This document shows positions 47,770 through 60,361 of a DNA stretch of 64,000 nucleotides, piece by piece (positions within the stretch are counted from its first letter, which is position 1; each line of letters opens with the position of its first letter). The translations under genes were made by a program, and so were the position numbers. The notes beneath the pieces were generated by a model, which saw only the letters and a list, made by a program, of their open reading frames with translations, did no database searches and was not told the origin of the DNA. The stretch is from assembly GCA_005878615.1 (NCBI GenBank), contig VBLT01000105.1, forward strand, positions 3,414-67,413. The letters run 5' to 3'. Origin of the DNA: Methanobacteriota archaeon. GTDB lineage: Archaea > Thermoplasmatota > Thermoplasmata > RBG-16-68-12.

Positions 47770-48958
47770 GCAGGATTGCCCGCCAAATCCGCTCCGCCGC
47801 GAGCGCTTTCGATCCCTCGAACGACTCGGAGTGACCTTTCCGGTCGAAGATCGTGATCGCCGTCGCGTCTCCCTTGACCTGCGACACGTCGTTCGCCACG
47901 ACGAAATCCAGATCGGCTTCTTTCGCGAGGACCATCGCCTTCGTCTTCAGCTCCGACTCGCCCACGGCGGCCTCCGCTTTGAACCCGACCAGGGCCTTTC
48001 GCGTCCCTTTTCGGAAGTGCGCCAGGAGTTTCGGGGTTGGTTCCAGCTCGAGGGTCAGCCCGCCCTTCCGACTCGGGATTTTTCCTTTCTGTTTTTTCGC
48101 CGGCGTGAAATCCGAGACGGCGGCGGGTACGAGACAGATGTCCGCGTCCGCTTTCTCCGCCATGGTCGCGAGGCTCTCGGTCGTATCGAATGACTTGGAG
48201 GGCAACCACGTCGGAACCGTCGTCTCATGGCGGCCGAGCCACAGCTCCACGTCGGCGCCGTGCTCGAAGGCGGCCTTCGCGAGTTCAATTCCGGTCCCCC
48301 CGGTCGACCGGTTCGTCACCACGCGGACGTCGTCGATCGGCTCGACGGTCGCTCCCGCGACCACGAGGACCCGCACGTCTTGAAGGTCCCTCGGCCCGAG
48401 ACGTCGGAGGACCCTCGCGACGATCGTCTCCACGTCCGCCATCTTCGCCTTGTCCTCCTCCCGCTTCGCTTCGACAAATTCCACGCCCAGTTCCCGGAGA
48501 CGACGGATGTTCGCCGCGACCGCGGGATTGTCCATCATGGATTCGTGGGCCGCCGGCGCGAGGAGGATCGGGATGCCGGAACCGAGGGCGTTGGCCGCGT
48601 ACGTCGTCACGGTCGTATCATCGATCCCTTGGGCGATTTTCCCCATCGTGTTCGCCGTGCACGGCGCGATTAGGAGGAGGTTCGCCTTCCCGTCCCGCCC
48701 GCACATGGTCAGGTACTCCATCGAACCGGTGATGGCCGTGACCACGGGGTTGCCGGTCGCGAACTGCAGGGCGTTGGGATGAACGATTTCGGTTGCGGAT
48801 CGAGTGAGGACGGCGTGGACCTCCGCACCGTGGCGAATCAACTCGTGCGCGAGCTTCACCGTCTCGACGGCCGCGATGCTGCCCGTGATGCCCAGGACAA
48901 TCGTCTTGCCTTGGAGCTTCATGCTCTTCCGTCCACGGAGACGTTCCGCGGGATGCAT
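47753..48958 (-). CDS. coaBC: Phosphopantothenoylcysteine decarboxylase/ligase
   Basis: GITGSIAA, APCTANT, EPIDDVRVVTNRSTG, AAVSDF, VGFKAE, VVANDV. Confidence 0.95.
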   Translation of the reverse strand: MHPAERLRGRKSMKLQGKTIVLGITGSIAAVETVKLAHELIRHGAEVHAVLTRSATEIVHPNALQFATGNPVVTAITGSMEYLTMCGRDGKANLLLIAPCTANTMGKIAQGIDDTTVTTYAANALGSGIPILLAPAAHESMMDNPAVAANIRRLRELGVEFVEAKREEDKAKMADVETIVARVLRRLGPRDLQDVRVLVVAGATVEPIDDVRVVTNRSTGGTGIELAKAAFEHGADVELWLGRHETTVPTWLPSKSFDTTESLATMAEKADADICLVPAAVSDFTPAKKQKGKIPSRKGGLTLELEPTPKLLAHFRKGTRKALVGFKAEAAVGESELKTKAMVLAKEADLDFVVANDVSQVKGDATAITIFDRKGHSESFEGSKALAAERIWRAILHGVRG

Positions 48959-49079
48959 TCTCTCAACAATTTCTCATGCGCGATATATAGCTATGGGCCT
49001 CGTTCGAATGGGGGAAGAGCCCGCGCGCTCGTCCCCGAGGAACCTTTAATCCGCCCGCTCCGTTAGCCCCGCCGCTCCG

Positions 49080-50366
49080 ATGGATTACGCGACGACTCTC
49101 GACCATCTCTATCGTCTCGAGCGGTTCGGGATCAAGCTGGGCCTCGAGAACATCCGGCGCCTCCTGTCGTTGCTCGGAGACCCGCATCGCGGCCTGAGGA
49201 TCCTGCACGTCACCGGGACCAACGGCAAGGGCTCCGTATGCGCTTACGCCGCCTCCGCTCTGCAGCAGGCGGGGTATCGCGTGGGCCTGTACACCTCGCC
49301 CCATCTCGTGCGTTTCAACGAACGGATCCAGGTCAATCGTACCCCGATCGCCGACGACGATGTCCTCCGCCTCTGGTCGGGGATGCAGCCGGCGATTCAT
49401 GCGATGACCTCTGCACGGGCGATCGATCATCCCACCTTCTTCGAGGTCACCACCGCCATGGCCTTCGAATACTTCCGCGAACGCCAGGTCGACGTGGCGG
49501 TGATCGAAGTGGGAATGGGAGGCCGAATGGATGCCACGAATGTGGCGGACGGTCTCGTCTCGGTCCTCACCCGCGTGGATCTGGAGCACACCGAGCACCT
49601 CGGAAAGACCGTGAACCGGATTGCCCGGGAGAAAGCGGGGATTGTCAAACCCTCATCCCGCGCTGTGACCGTCGCGCAACCCGCCCTGTCCGTCATCGAG
49701 GCCCGCTGCCGGGAGGTCCATGCTCCCCTTTTGGTCGTCGGCCGGGACGTGTATGCGGAACGCGGCGCCCGGGACCTGCGGGGCCAGGACCTGCGGGTTC
49801 GCGGGTCCTTTGGAGAGATCGAGGTCCACACGCCGCTGCTGGGGGATTTCCAGGCCGAAAACGTCGCGCTCGCGGTCACCGCCCTCACCGAACTCCGTCA
49901 ACAAGGATTCGCCGTCTCGGACGATGCGATTCGAAAGGGCATCGCATCGACCCGCTGGCCCGCACGCCTCGAGCTCGTCCGGGAGCGACCTCTCGTCTTG
50001 GTGGACGGCGCTCACAATCGGCCCGCGACGGAGGCCCTCGCGACCTCCATCGCCGACCTGTTCCCGAATCGAAAGATCTCGCTCGTCGTGGGCATCCTGA
50101 ACGACAAGGACCTGAAAGGGATGGCCGCCGCCCTGGGTCCCCGTGCAACCCACGTCTATGCGTGCCGACCGAAAACGCATCGGGCGTTCGCGGCCGACGA
50201 GGTCGCCTCGGCTTTCGCACCCTACGCCAAAGCCGAGTCGATGCCTCTGGTGAAAGACGCGATCGACGCCGCGATCTCGGAGGCAGGCGAGGGGCAGGTC
50301 GTGCTGATCACCGGGTCCATCTACACGGCGGGGGAGGCCCTTGACCACCTCGGCGCCCGCCCGTGA
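49080..50366 (+). CDS. folC: Folylpolyglutamate/dihydrofolate synthase
   Basis: HVTGTNGKGS, YTSPHL..FNERI, EVGMGGRMDATN, WPARLE, DGAHN, TGSIY. Confidence 0.95.
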   Translation: MDYATTLDHLYRLERFGIKLGLENIRRLLSLLGDPHRGLRILHVTGTNGKGSVCAYAASALQQAGYRVGLYTSPHLVRFNERIQVNRTPIADDDVLRLWSGMQPAIHAMTSARAIDHPTFFEVTTAMAFEYFRERQVDVAVIEVGMGGRMDATNVADGLVSVLTRVDLEHTEHLGKTVNRIAREKAGIVKPSSRAVTVAQPALSVIEARCREVHAPLLVVGRDVYAERGARDLRGQDLRVRGSFGEIEVHTPLLGDFQAENVALAVTALTELRQQGFAVSDDAIRKGIASTRWPARLELVRERPLVLVDGAHNRPATEALATSIADLFPNRKISLVVGILNDKDLKGMAAALGPRATHVYACRPKTHRAFAADEVASAFAPYAKAESMPLVKDAIDAAISEAGEGQVVLITGSIYTAGEALDHLGARP

Positions 50367-51102
50367 GCGAATCCCCTTCATCATGCGAGACCTCGCGGCT
50401 CGGTATCTCCCCGCCGGCGACCTTCACGAAGGAGAGACGGCCCTGGCGAAGATTGTGGCGGAGCGCGAGGACCCGTTCCTCGTACTGATCTCGACGATCC
50501 TCTCACAACGGACTCGGGACGAGATGACGGAGCGCGCCTCCCGGCAGCTCTTCGCGAAGTACGACACGCCGGAGGCGATCGCGAACGCCGACCCGGCGAA
50601 TCTGGTGCGCTTGATCCAGCCGGTCGGCTTCTACCGCCAGAAGGCGCTCCAGATTCAGAACGTGAGCCGGGTCCTCCTCGATCAATACCGCGGCACAGTC
50701 CCCGGGACCTACGAGGAACTGATTGCGCTTCCTCAAGTCGGGCCGAAGACGGCGAACTGCGTGCTCGTGTACGGGTTCGGCGAACCTCGGATTCCCACGG
50801 ACACCCACGTGCACCGGGTCAGCAACCGGCTCGGTCTGGTCCGCACGAAAACCCCTGAAAAGACGGAACAGCGTCTCATGAAGACCGTCCCGAAAGAATT
50901 CTGGCTTCACATCAATGAACTCTTCATCCGCTTCGGAAAGGACATCTGCCGCCCGATCGGCCCACGGTGCGAGGCTTGCTCGTTCACCTCTTTCTGTCGT
51001 TACTATCGCACCGTCTTCGCACCGAAACGACGCCGGCTCGATCAGGACCGTCGGAAGCGCTCTCCGGGGACGAAGGCCTCCCGGTCGATGGCTTCGAAAT
51101 AG
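50341..51102 (+). CDS. nth: Endonuclease III (start may be ATG 50383)
   Basis: ILSQRTRD, LPQVGPKTAN HhH, DTHVHRV, C-x6-C-x2-C-x5-C Fe-S motif. Confidence 0.93.
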   Translation: MTTSAPARERIPFIMRDLAARYLPAGDLHEGETALAKIVAEREDPFLVLISTILSQRTRDEMTERASRQLFAKYDTPEAIANADPANLVRLIQPVGFYRQKALQIQNVSRVLLDQYRGTVPGTYEELIALPQVGPKTANCVLVYGFGEPRIPTDTHVHRVSNRLGLVRTKTPEKTEQRLMKTVPKEFWLHINELFIRFGKDICRPIGPRCEACSFTSFCRYYRTVFAPKRRRLDQDRRKRSPGTKASRSMASK

Positions 51103-51179
51103 CTTCCGCGTCGCTCGACCGTGCAGATTTCGAGAATGAATCGGGCAGTTTCATATGGACCTGGTATGTTCGGGGCGCG

Positions 51180-52241
51180 ATGCGGATCGACATGATGGAA
51201 TTCATCCCGGTCACCCTCCAAAGGAAGGAGACGTTCGCCATCGCCCGCAGTTCGTCCGCCATCGCGGAGGTCGTGTTCCTCGCCGTCCATTCGGGGCGAC
51301 GTGTAGGGCATGGGTGCGCGGCCCCGACCGAGGTCACGCGGGAGAACGTCCACTCGGTCATGAATACGCTCCAATCCTTCGCCCGCTCGTTGCCGGGGAT
51401 TGAATTCGAGAAGCCGTACCAGCTCCAGGAGCGAATGGACAAGCTCGCGGCGAATCAGCCCAGCGCGCGGGCCGCCCTCGAAATGGCTTTGTTCGATCTC
51501 GCCGCTCAAGCCGCCGGTGTGCCCCTCTTCGCCTATCTCGGAGGTCGACGGGATCGGATGCCGACCGACATGACGATCGGGATCATGGACAAAGATGCCG
51601 CCGTCGACCGGGCCCGCCGATGGGTCCAGGTCGGCTTTCAGGCGTTGAAGATCAAGGTCGGGCGGGATTGGAAGGCCGATGCGAAACGCGTGAAGGCGAT
51701 CCGCGACGCCGTGGGCAAGCACGTCGAGCTCCGCGTCGACGGGAACCAAGGTTACTCGATGTCCGATGCGTTGGCATTCGCACGGTATGCGCGGTCCGAG
51801 GATGTCGCGTTCTTCGAGCAGCCGGTCTCCGTGGACGATTGGGAAGGGATGCGGGCCCTGACCGAATCGTCACCGATCCCGATCATGGCCGACGAGATGG
51901 TCCTCACGCCCGACGACGTCAAGAAACTCCGATGGAGCAACGCGGCGCGGGCCGTGAACATGAAGTTGATGAAACACGGCGGCATCTTGCGGTCGATGGA
52001 AGTGAACACGCTCTGCGAATCCGCCGGGTACCCGACCATGGTCGGATGCATGGGGGAGCCTCAGCTCTCGATCGCCGCGGGCCTGCATTTCGCACTCGCG
52101 CAGAAGAACGTGCGGTGGCTAGACCTCGATTCGCACTTCAATTTCGCTTCGGATCCCACATCCGGCTTGAGGTTCGAGAACGGCCAACTGATCGCGCCTT
52201 CGGGGCCTGGCCTAGGAATCGACGTGCAATTCCCGACCTGA
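51180..52241 (+). CDS. Dipeptide (L-Ala-D/L-Glu) epimerase-like enolase-superfamily enzyme
   Basis: ALKIKVG, RVDGNQG, FEQP, MADE, NMKLMKHGG, DLDSH. Confidence 0.88.
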   Translation: MRIDMMEFIPVTLQRKETFAIARSSSAIAEVVFLAVHSGRRVGHGCAAPTEVTRENVHSVMNTLQSFARSLPGIEFEKPYQLQERMDKLAANQPSARAALEMALFDLAAQAAGVPLFAYLGGRRDRMPTDMTIGIMDKDAAVDRARRWVQVGFQALKIKVGRDWKADAKRVKAIRDAVGKHVELRVDGNQGYSMSDALAFARYARSEDVAFFEQPVSVDDWEGMRALTESSPIPIMADEMVLTPDDVKKLRWSNAARAVNMKLMKHGGILRSMEVNTLCESAGYPTMVGCMGEPQLSIAAGLHFALAQKNVRWLDLDSHFNFASDPTSGLRFENGQLIAPSGPGLGIDVQFPT

Positions 52242-52259
52242 GCTACGCCCTCGCCTAGG

Positions 52260-54755
52260 CTACGCCGGTGGAGACGGTTCCCCGACCGCAGCCGCTTCCT
52301 CTTTCGGTCGCACGAGCCGCACGACGGCGGTGACCTTGTCCCCTTCGTTCAGGCGCTGGATCCGCACGCCGCGCGCGGCCCGTCCGGTCTCGCGGATGTC
52401 CTGAACAGGACACCGGATCACGATGCCGCCGACCGTGGTGACCAAAAGCTCGTCGTCGGCCTCGACCTCGAGGACCGCGACCACGGGACTCTTCGCGATC
52501 TTCATGTTCGTCGTCACGACGCCCTGGCTCCCGCGCCGGGTCTTGCGGTACTCCTTCACCTTCGTCCGCTTGCCGTATCCGCTCTCGAGGACCGTCAGGA
52601 GTTCGGCCTCTTCGCTCCGCACAAGGGCCATCGAGATGACGCGATCCTCTTTCCGGAGCCGCATCCCGCGGACGCCCGCCGCGGTCCGCCCCATCGGGCG
52701 GACGTCGGTCAGGGGGAACCGGTTCGCGTAGCCCCCGGCGGATGCGAGGATGACTTCCTCGTCTCCCTCCGAGATCCGGGCCTCCACGAGCTCGTCCCCG
52801 GGGTTCAACGCGATCGCCCGGATCCCCCGGATGTTCGGTCGCTTGAAGGAGTCGAGGCGCGTCCGCTTGATCTTCCCGAGTTTCGTCGCGAACACGATCG
52901 TGCGACGTTCGTCGAATTCCCGCACCGCGATCATATCGAGGATCCGCTCGCTCGGCTCCAATCGCGGCAGGAGGTTCACGATCGGCTTGCCCTTCGCGTA
53001 CCGACTTCCGACCGGGAGTCGATAGGTCTTGAGCCAGTAGCACTGCCCTTTGCTCGAGAAGAATAGGATGTAGTCATGCGTCGAGGCCGTGAAGAGATTG
53101 ACGACGAAGTCCTCCTCCTTCGTCTCCATCCCCGTCACCCCCTTGCCGCCCCGCCGCTGCGTATGGTACATCTGCGACGGCACGCGCTTGATGTAGCCTG
53201 TGTTCGTGATTGGGACGACGACGTGCTCCTCGGGGATCAGGTCCTCGATCTCCATGTCGAAGGCCTCGGCCTCGACTTTCGTTCGGCGTTCGTCTCCGTA
53301 CTCGTCCTTCATCTCGAGGAGTTCGGTCTTGATGATGTCTAAGACCCGTTCCCGGGAGGCAAGGATGGCCTCGAGTTCCTCGATGTTCTTCTTGAGGCCC
53401 GTCTGCTCGGCCCGGAGCTTCTCGATCTCGAGTCCGGTGAGCTGCCGCAGGGCCATGGCGAGGATCGCCTTCGCCTGCGCCTCGGATAGCAGGTAGCGGC
53501 TTGTGAGTCCGGCCTCGGCTTCCGCCGCATCCCGGGCTCGCCGGATCAGGCGGATCACCTCATCGAGGTGGTCGACCGCGGTGATCAGGCCCTCGACGAT
53601 GTGGAGCCGCTCGCGGGCCTTCCGGAGATCGAACTCCGTCCGCCGCCGGACCATCATGATGCGATGGTCGACGTGGGATTGGAGGACCTCTTTCAGCGTC
53701 AGGACCTTCGGCTCGCCGCCAACGAGGGCGAGGTTGATCACGCCGAAGGTCTGCTCCATCTGGGTGTGATGGTACAGCTGGTTGAGGACGACGTCTTCGA
53801 CGGCATCGCGCTTCAACTCGAGGACGATCCGCATGCCTTCCCGGTCGCTCTCATCCCGGAGGTCCACCACGCCCTCGATCTTTTTCGACTTGACCAGGAG
53901 GGCGATCGATTCGACGAGGGCCGCCTTGTTGACGAGGTACGGGATCTCCGTGATCACGATCCGGGCCTTGTCGTGGCCGGCCTCTTCGACGTGCGCGGCC
54001 GCCCGGATGCTGATCAGCCCGCGGCCGGTCTTGTACGCCTCGGTGACGCCCGCCGCCCCATACAGGATGCCCCCCGTCGGGAAATCCGGACCCCGGATGG
54101 GTCCGGCCTCGGGGTTGTAGAGGTCTTGCAGCTCCGCAGCGGGATTGCCGATCAGCAGGACCAGGGCGTCCACGACTTCGCCGAGGTTGTGCGGCGGAAT
54201 GTTCGTCGCCATCCCGACCGCGATCCCGCTGGATCCGTTCACGAGCAGGTTCGGGAATTTCGATGGCAGGACGACCGGCTCCCGCATCGTCCCATCGAAG
54301 TTGGCCATCCAGTCGACGGTGTCCTTCTCGAGGTCCTGTAGGATCTCTTCGGCGACTTTCGAGAGCCGGCATTCCGTGTACCGCATCGCGGCGGGCTCGT
54401 CCTCCGTGCTGCCCCAGTTCCCCTGCCCCTGGACGAGCGGGTAGCGGAGGGAGAAGTCCTGCACCATGCGCGCGAGGGCGTCGTAGATCGCGGTGTCGCC
54501 GTGGGGATGGTATCGACCGAGGCAGTCCCCCACCACGCGCGCCGCCTTCCGCCATTGGCTCGCCGACGTCGCGCCCGTCTCGTTCATCGTGTGCAGGATC
54601 CGCCGCTGGACCGGCTTCAGCCCGTCCCGGACGTCCGGCAAGGCCCGGCCCACGATGACGGACATCGCGTAATCGATGTACGACCGGTGCATCTCTTCTT
54701 CAATCGGTCGCGGTCGGATCCGCCGCGACGGCTCTTGCGTGGCCTCGTCCGGCAT
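52260..54755 (-). CDS. gyrA: DNA gyrase subunit A
   Basis: [29 protein letters not shown], GyrA-box QRRGGKG. Confidence 0.97.
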   Translation of the reverse strand: MPDEATQEPSRRIRPRPIEEEMHRSYIDYAMSVIVGRALPDVRDGLKPVQRRILHTMNETGATSASQWRKAARVVGDCLGRYHPHGDTAIYDALARMVQDFSLRYPLVQGQGNWGSTEDEPAAMRYTECRLSKVAEEILQDLEKDTVDWMANFDGTMREPVVLPSKFPNLLVNGSSGIAVGMATNIPPHNLGEVVDALVLLIGNPAAELQDLYNPEAGPIRGPDFPTGGILYGAAGVTEAYKTGRGLISIRAAAHVEEAGHDKARIVITEIPYLVNKAALVESIALLVKSKKIEGVVDLRDESDREGMRIVLELKRDAVEDVVLNQLYHHTQMEQTFGVINLALVGGEPKVLTLKEVLQSHVDHRIMMVRRRTEFDLRKARERLHIVEGLITAVDHLDEVIRLIRRARDAAEAEAGLTSRYLLSEAQAKAILAMALRQLTGLEIEKLRAEQTGLKKNIEELEAILASRERVLDIIKTELLEMKDEYGDERRTKVEAEAFDMEIEDLIPEEHVVVPITNTGYIKRVPSQMYHTQRRGGKGVTGMETKEEDFVVNLFTASTHDYILFFSSKGQCYWLKTYRLPVGSRYAKGKPIVNLLPRLEPSERILDMIAVREFDERRTIVFATKLGKIKRTRLDSFKRPNIRGIRAIALNPGDELVEARISEGDEEVILASAGGYANRFPLTDVRPMGRTAAGVRGMRLRKEDRVISMALVRSEEAELLTVLESGYGKRTKVKEYRKTRRGSQGVVTTNMKIAKSPVVAVLEVEADDELLVTTVGGIVIRCPVQDIRETGRAARGVRIQRLNEGDKVTAVVRLVRPKEEAAAVGEPSPPA

Positions 54756-54762
54756 CGATCAC

Positions 54763-56661
<1,899 letters not shown>

Positions 56662-56902
56662 CTATTTCGCAACCTCAAGATCGGCTGCCACGGCCCTCTC
56701 GCAGCCCATCCCAAATGACACGCCAAGTATACGGTGGGTATTGATAAAGGTTCGGACCCTAGTTTCTATGGAGAAAACAGGCCCTTGGACGGGTCCGAAT
56801 CCGGGTCCCTTTCTTTAAATACTGTAGCACGGGCGCTGTCCGACCTCCATTCTCATCTTCGAGAATGGCGAAGAAGGCCCCATAACGGACCCCGAAACCG
56901 CT

Positions 56903-58312
56903 TCACTTGAGCTTCCAACGGACGCCATCGCGGGCGTCCTCCAGCACGATGCCCAGGGCCGCGAGCGCGTCCCGGATTCGGTCGGCCGTGCCGAAGTCTT
57001 TTCGCTTCCTCGCGTCCTCGCGCAATCCCACGATGAGGTCCAGGACCCCGTCGAGTCGGTGGGTTTCCGAAGGCTTCGTTTGGAACAGGCCGAGGACGTC
57101 CCCGAACGTCCGAAAGGCCTCCGCGGCACCGTCGAGCGGCCCTCGACCGACGCCGCTCTCGATCGCCTTGTTCACGTCCCGCGAGTATTCGAACAGGACA
57201 GCGATCGCCTCGCGTGTGTTGAAGTCGTCCGACATCGCGGCGTCGAATCCCGCGAGGGATTTCTTCGTCGCATCTCGGAGTTCGGGGTCCGCTTTCCCTT
57301 TCTGCGGCGCACGGCGGCGCTCGGCCTCCACCGAGCGAACCGTTTCCCGGAGGCGCTCGTAGGATCGCTTGGCCTCCTCGAGCAGTTCAGGCGTGAAGTC
57401 GATCGGCCCGCGGTACTGCACGTTAATCAGGAAGAACCGGAGGACCTCGGGCTCGTAGCGCTCGAGGGCCGCTAGGACCGGCCAGAAGTTCCCGAGCGAC
57501 TTGTGCATCTCGGCGCCGCTCACCATGACCATGCCGCCGTGCATCCAGTACCGGACGAACGGTGTGACGCCCGTGAAGGATTCCGCCTGCGCGATCTCCG
57601 CCTCGTGATGGGGGAAGGCGAGTTCGGTCCCGCCGCCATGTAAGTCGTACTGCGCCCCGAAGTGTCGGATCGTGATCGCCGTGTCCTCGATGTGCCACCC
57701 GGGCCGGCCCGGTCCCCAGGGACTGTCCCAGGCGGGCTCCCCCGGCTTCTGGGCCCTCCAGAGGACGAAGTCCGCCGGATGTCGCTTGCGCTCCTCGATT
57801 TCGATGCGGGCACCCGGGCGGAGCTCCTCGACTTTCTGACCGCTGAGCTTGCCCCATCCGGAGAAGGTCGTCGTGTCGAAATAGACGCTCTGGTCCTCCG
57901 CGATGTAGGCGTGTCCCTTCTTGATGAGTCCCTGAATCTGCTCCACGATCTCGTCCATATAGTCCGTTGCGAAGGCGTACAGGTCGACGGACGTGCAGTG
58001 CAGCCGCTCCATCACGTCCCGGAATTCCGCGAAATACTGCGCGACGATCTCGTCCCACGGCCTCCCGGTCGACTTCATCTTCGCGATGATGCGGTCCTCG
58101 ATGTCCGTCACGTTTTGCAGATAGAAGACGTGGAAGCCCTTGGAGCGGAGGTACCGGGCGATGACGTCGAACGCGACGTAGGTCTTCGCGTGACCGAGAT
58201 GAGTCTGGTCCTGCGGCGTGATGCCGCAGACGAACATCGACACGCGCTTCCCATGGAGGGGGACGAACGCCTCCTTCTTCCGCGAGAGGGTGTTGTACAC
58301 TCGAAGAGGCAT
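56903..58312 (-). CDS. cysS: Cysteinyl-tRNA synthetase
   Basis: VCGITP..HLGH, DFVLW, WDSPWGPGRPGWHIE, HGGG..L.FPHHE, MHKSLGN, ADRIRD. Confidence 0.94.
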   Translation of the reverse strand: MPLRVYNTLSRKKEAFVPLHGKRVSMFVCGITPQDQTHLGHAKTYVAFDVIARYLRSKGFHVFYLQNVTDIEDRIIAKMKSTGRPWDEIVAQYFAEFRDVMERLHCTSVDLYAFATDYMDEIVEQIQGLIKKGHAYIAEDQSVYFDTTTFSGWGKLSGQKVEELRPGARIEIEERKRHPADFVLWRAQKPGEPAWDSPWGPGRPGWHIEDTAITIRHFGAQYDLHGGGTELAFPHHEAEIAQAESFTGVTPFVRYWMHGGMVMVSGAEMHKSLGNFWPVLAALERYEPEVLRFFLINVQYRGPIDFTPELLEEAKRSYERLRETVRSVEAERRRAPQKGKADPELRDATKKSLAGFDAAMSDDFNTREAIAVLFEYSRDVNKAIESGVGRGPLDGAAEAFRTFGDVLGLFQTKPSETHRLDGVLDLIVGLREDARKRKDFGTADRIRDALAALGIVLEDARDGVRWKLK

Positions 58313-58427
58313 TCTCTCTCCGGATGAGAGGCGCGTGTATTAAGGTTCTTTCCGAGTGGCCCGCGGCCCGACGATGGGCGGCAGAGATCCTTTGTCAACG
58401 CGCTTCGCGGACGCCTGACAACAGCTT

Positions 58428-59186
58428 ATGGAGAGTGGGACCGGATGCGGTCGGGTCATGGCGGGCCTCTTTCTCCTTCCGCGCGCGGCCCGTCGTCGTC
58501 CGTTCTGGCCCCGCGAGTTGCGTCGCGGAGCCTTGCTGCTCGGCGTGAGCGCCGCGCTCTTCTGGTCCTCCTTCGCAATCGGCCGATGGATCGTCTTCTT
58601 CCCCGAGTCCGGGCCGATCTACGTCGACCTCCTCCTCGGCTGGATTGCCGTGATCCTCCATGTCTCAGCGTGGCCGAATCTCTGGGTCGGATTGCGCGAC
58701 CTGCGCGGACGTCAGCCCCGCGACGACCACCCGATCATCGCCTGGCGCTCCTTCCTCATGACGCTCGTCATGATCGTCGCCGCGGTGGTGGTCCTCCCCC
58801 TCGAGTACCACTCCCTGTCGGCGACGGATGCGTGGATCTTCGTCGCGTACGTGAGCGCTTTTCCGTATCTTGGCTGGACATTCGTCCCGATCCTCGCCCT
58901 TCACGGCGTCCTGTTCGGTCGGGTCGCTTGGTACCTCGAGTCTCGATCGCGGAGGATCGCGGACGCGGGGGCCATGCTCCTGTTCGCAGTCGCGGCGGCG
59001 ACGACCGCGGTGATCTTGCAGAACCCTGGGGAGACCGCGTTCGTCCGTTCGTGGAGCGTCGGGCAGGGACTGCTTCCCGCGGCGGCCCTTGGCGGGTATG
59101 TGCTCATCGCCCTCGGGATTACGGCTTCGTCTACGGCATCCTTCTCGCGGGTCCCATCGTGGACTCCGCGCCGGACCCGGTGGTAG
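58428..59186 (+). CDS. Hypothetical multi-pass membrane protein
   Basis: About 6 hydrophobic segments; fills the gap between cysS and the lyase gene. Confidence 0.65.
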   Translation: MESGTGCGRVMAGLFLLPRAARRRPFWPRELRRGALLLGVSAALFWSSFAIGRWIVFFPESGPIYVDLLLGWIAVILHVSAWPNLWVGLRDLRGRQPRDDHPIIAWRSFLMTLVMIVAAVVVLPLEYHSLSATDAWIFVAYVSAFPYLGWTFVPILALHGVLFGRVAWYLESRSRRIADAGAMLLFAVAAATTAVILQNPGETAFVRSWSVGQGLLPAAALGGYVLIALGITASSTASFSRVPSWTPRRTRW

Positions 59187-59189
59187 GCC

Positions 59190-60314
59190 TCAAGCCAGGG
59201 CCCGTCCCAGGTCGTCCTGTAGATCCTGCGGGTCCTCCAGTCCGACCGAGAAACGGACCAAGCCGTCGGTGATCCCTTGCGCCTGGCGTTGCTCCTTCGG
59301 GACGCTTGCGTGCGTCATCGTCGCCGGGTGCTCGATGAGCGACTCGACGCCCCCCAGGCTCTCCGCGAGGATGATGACCTCGAGTTTCCGCAGGCGGTCC
59401 GCGACCTTGGCCGAATCTCGGAGTTCAAAACTGAGCATGCCACCGAATCCGCGCATCTGTTTCTTCGCGGTCCGATGGCCCGGATCGTCGGGCAGACCTG
59501 GATAGTGGACCGCGGAGACGGCCTTGTGGCCCGCGAGGAATCGCGCCATCGCCTGGGCGTTGGCGGAGTGCCGTTCCATGCGGATCGCCAAGGTCTTGAT
59601 GCCGCGGAGGGTGAGCCAACAGTCAAACGGGCTCGGCACCGCGCCGAGGGCGTTTTGTGCGAACTTCAGTTTCTCGTAAAGGTCGCCGCGGTTCATGATG
59701 AGCGCCCCGCCCAAGAGGTCCGCGTGGCCCCCGAGGTACTTCGTCGTGCTGTGGACGACCAGGTCGACGCCGAGGCCCAAAGGGTTCTGCAACGCCGGCG
59801 ACGCGAAGGTGTTGTCGCACACGCTGACCGCGTCGTGGGCCTTCGAGATCACGGCGAGCTCCCGCAAGTCGGCGACCTTCATGAGGGGGTTCGTGGGCGA
59901 CTCCATCCACAGCATCTTCGTCTCCGGGCGAAAGGCATCCTCGACGTCGACGAGGTCCCGCAGGTCCACGAAGGTGGACTCGACGCCGTACCCGCTCATG
60001 ATCCGCGTGAAGATCCTGTGGACGCCGCCGTAGCAGTCATCCGTCACTACGGCGTGATCGCCTTTCTTGAGGAGGGTGAGGGCCGTCGTGATCGCGCCCA
60101 TGCCGCTCGAGAAGCAAAGGGCCTGCTGGGCTTCCTCGAGGGCCGCGAGGCTCTGCTGGAGCGCATCGCGGGTCGGGTTGTCGCCCCTCCCGTAGACGTA
60201 GTCGTGCTGGACCTTCTGGGAGTACGTCGAGGTCATGTAGATCGGCGGCGTGACCGCGCCGGTCCGAGGGTCCGGTTCCTGTCCAGTGTGGATGGCCTTC
60301 GTCGCAAAGTGCAT
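59190..60314 (-). CDS. Cystathionine gamma-lyase/synthase family PLP enzyme
   Basis: PPIYMTSTY, YGRGDNPTR, FSSGMGA, ESPTNP, DNTFASP, HSTTKYLGGH, AESLGGVESL. Confidence 0.93.
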   Translation of the reverse strand: MHFATKAIHTGQEPDPRTGAVTPPIYMTSTYSQKVQHDYVYGRGDNPTRDALQQSLAALEEAQQALCFSSGMGAITTALTLLKKGDHAVVTDDCYGGVHRIFTRIMSGYGVESTFVDLRDLVDVEDAFRPETKMLWMESPTNPLMKVADLRELAVISKAHDAVSVCDNTFASPALQNPLGLGVDLVVHSTTKYLGGHADLLGGALIMNRGDLYEKLKFAQNALGAVPSPFDCWLTLRGIKTLAIRMERHSANAQAMARFLAGHKAVSAVHYPGLPDDPGHRTAKKQMRGFGGMLSFELRDSAKVADRLRKLEVIILAESLGGVESLIEHPATMTHASVPKEQRQAQGITDGLVRFSVGLEDPQDLQDDLGRALA

Positions 60315-60361
60315 CGCGATCGCCGGAGGCGGAGTCGCCCGCCTGGCGTAAAAGCCTTGCC

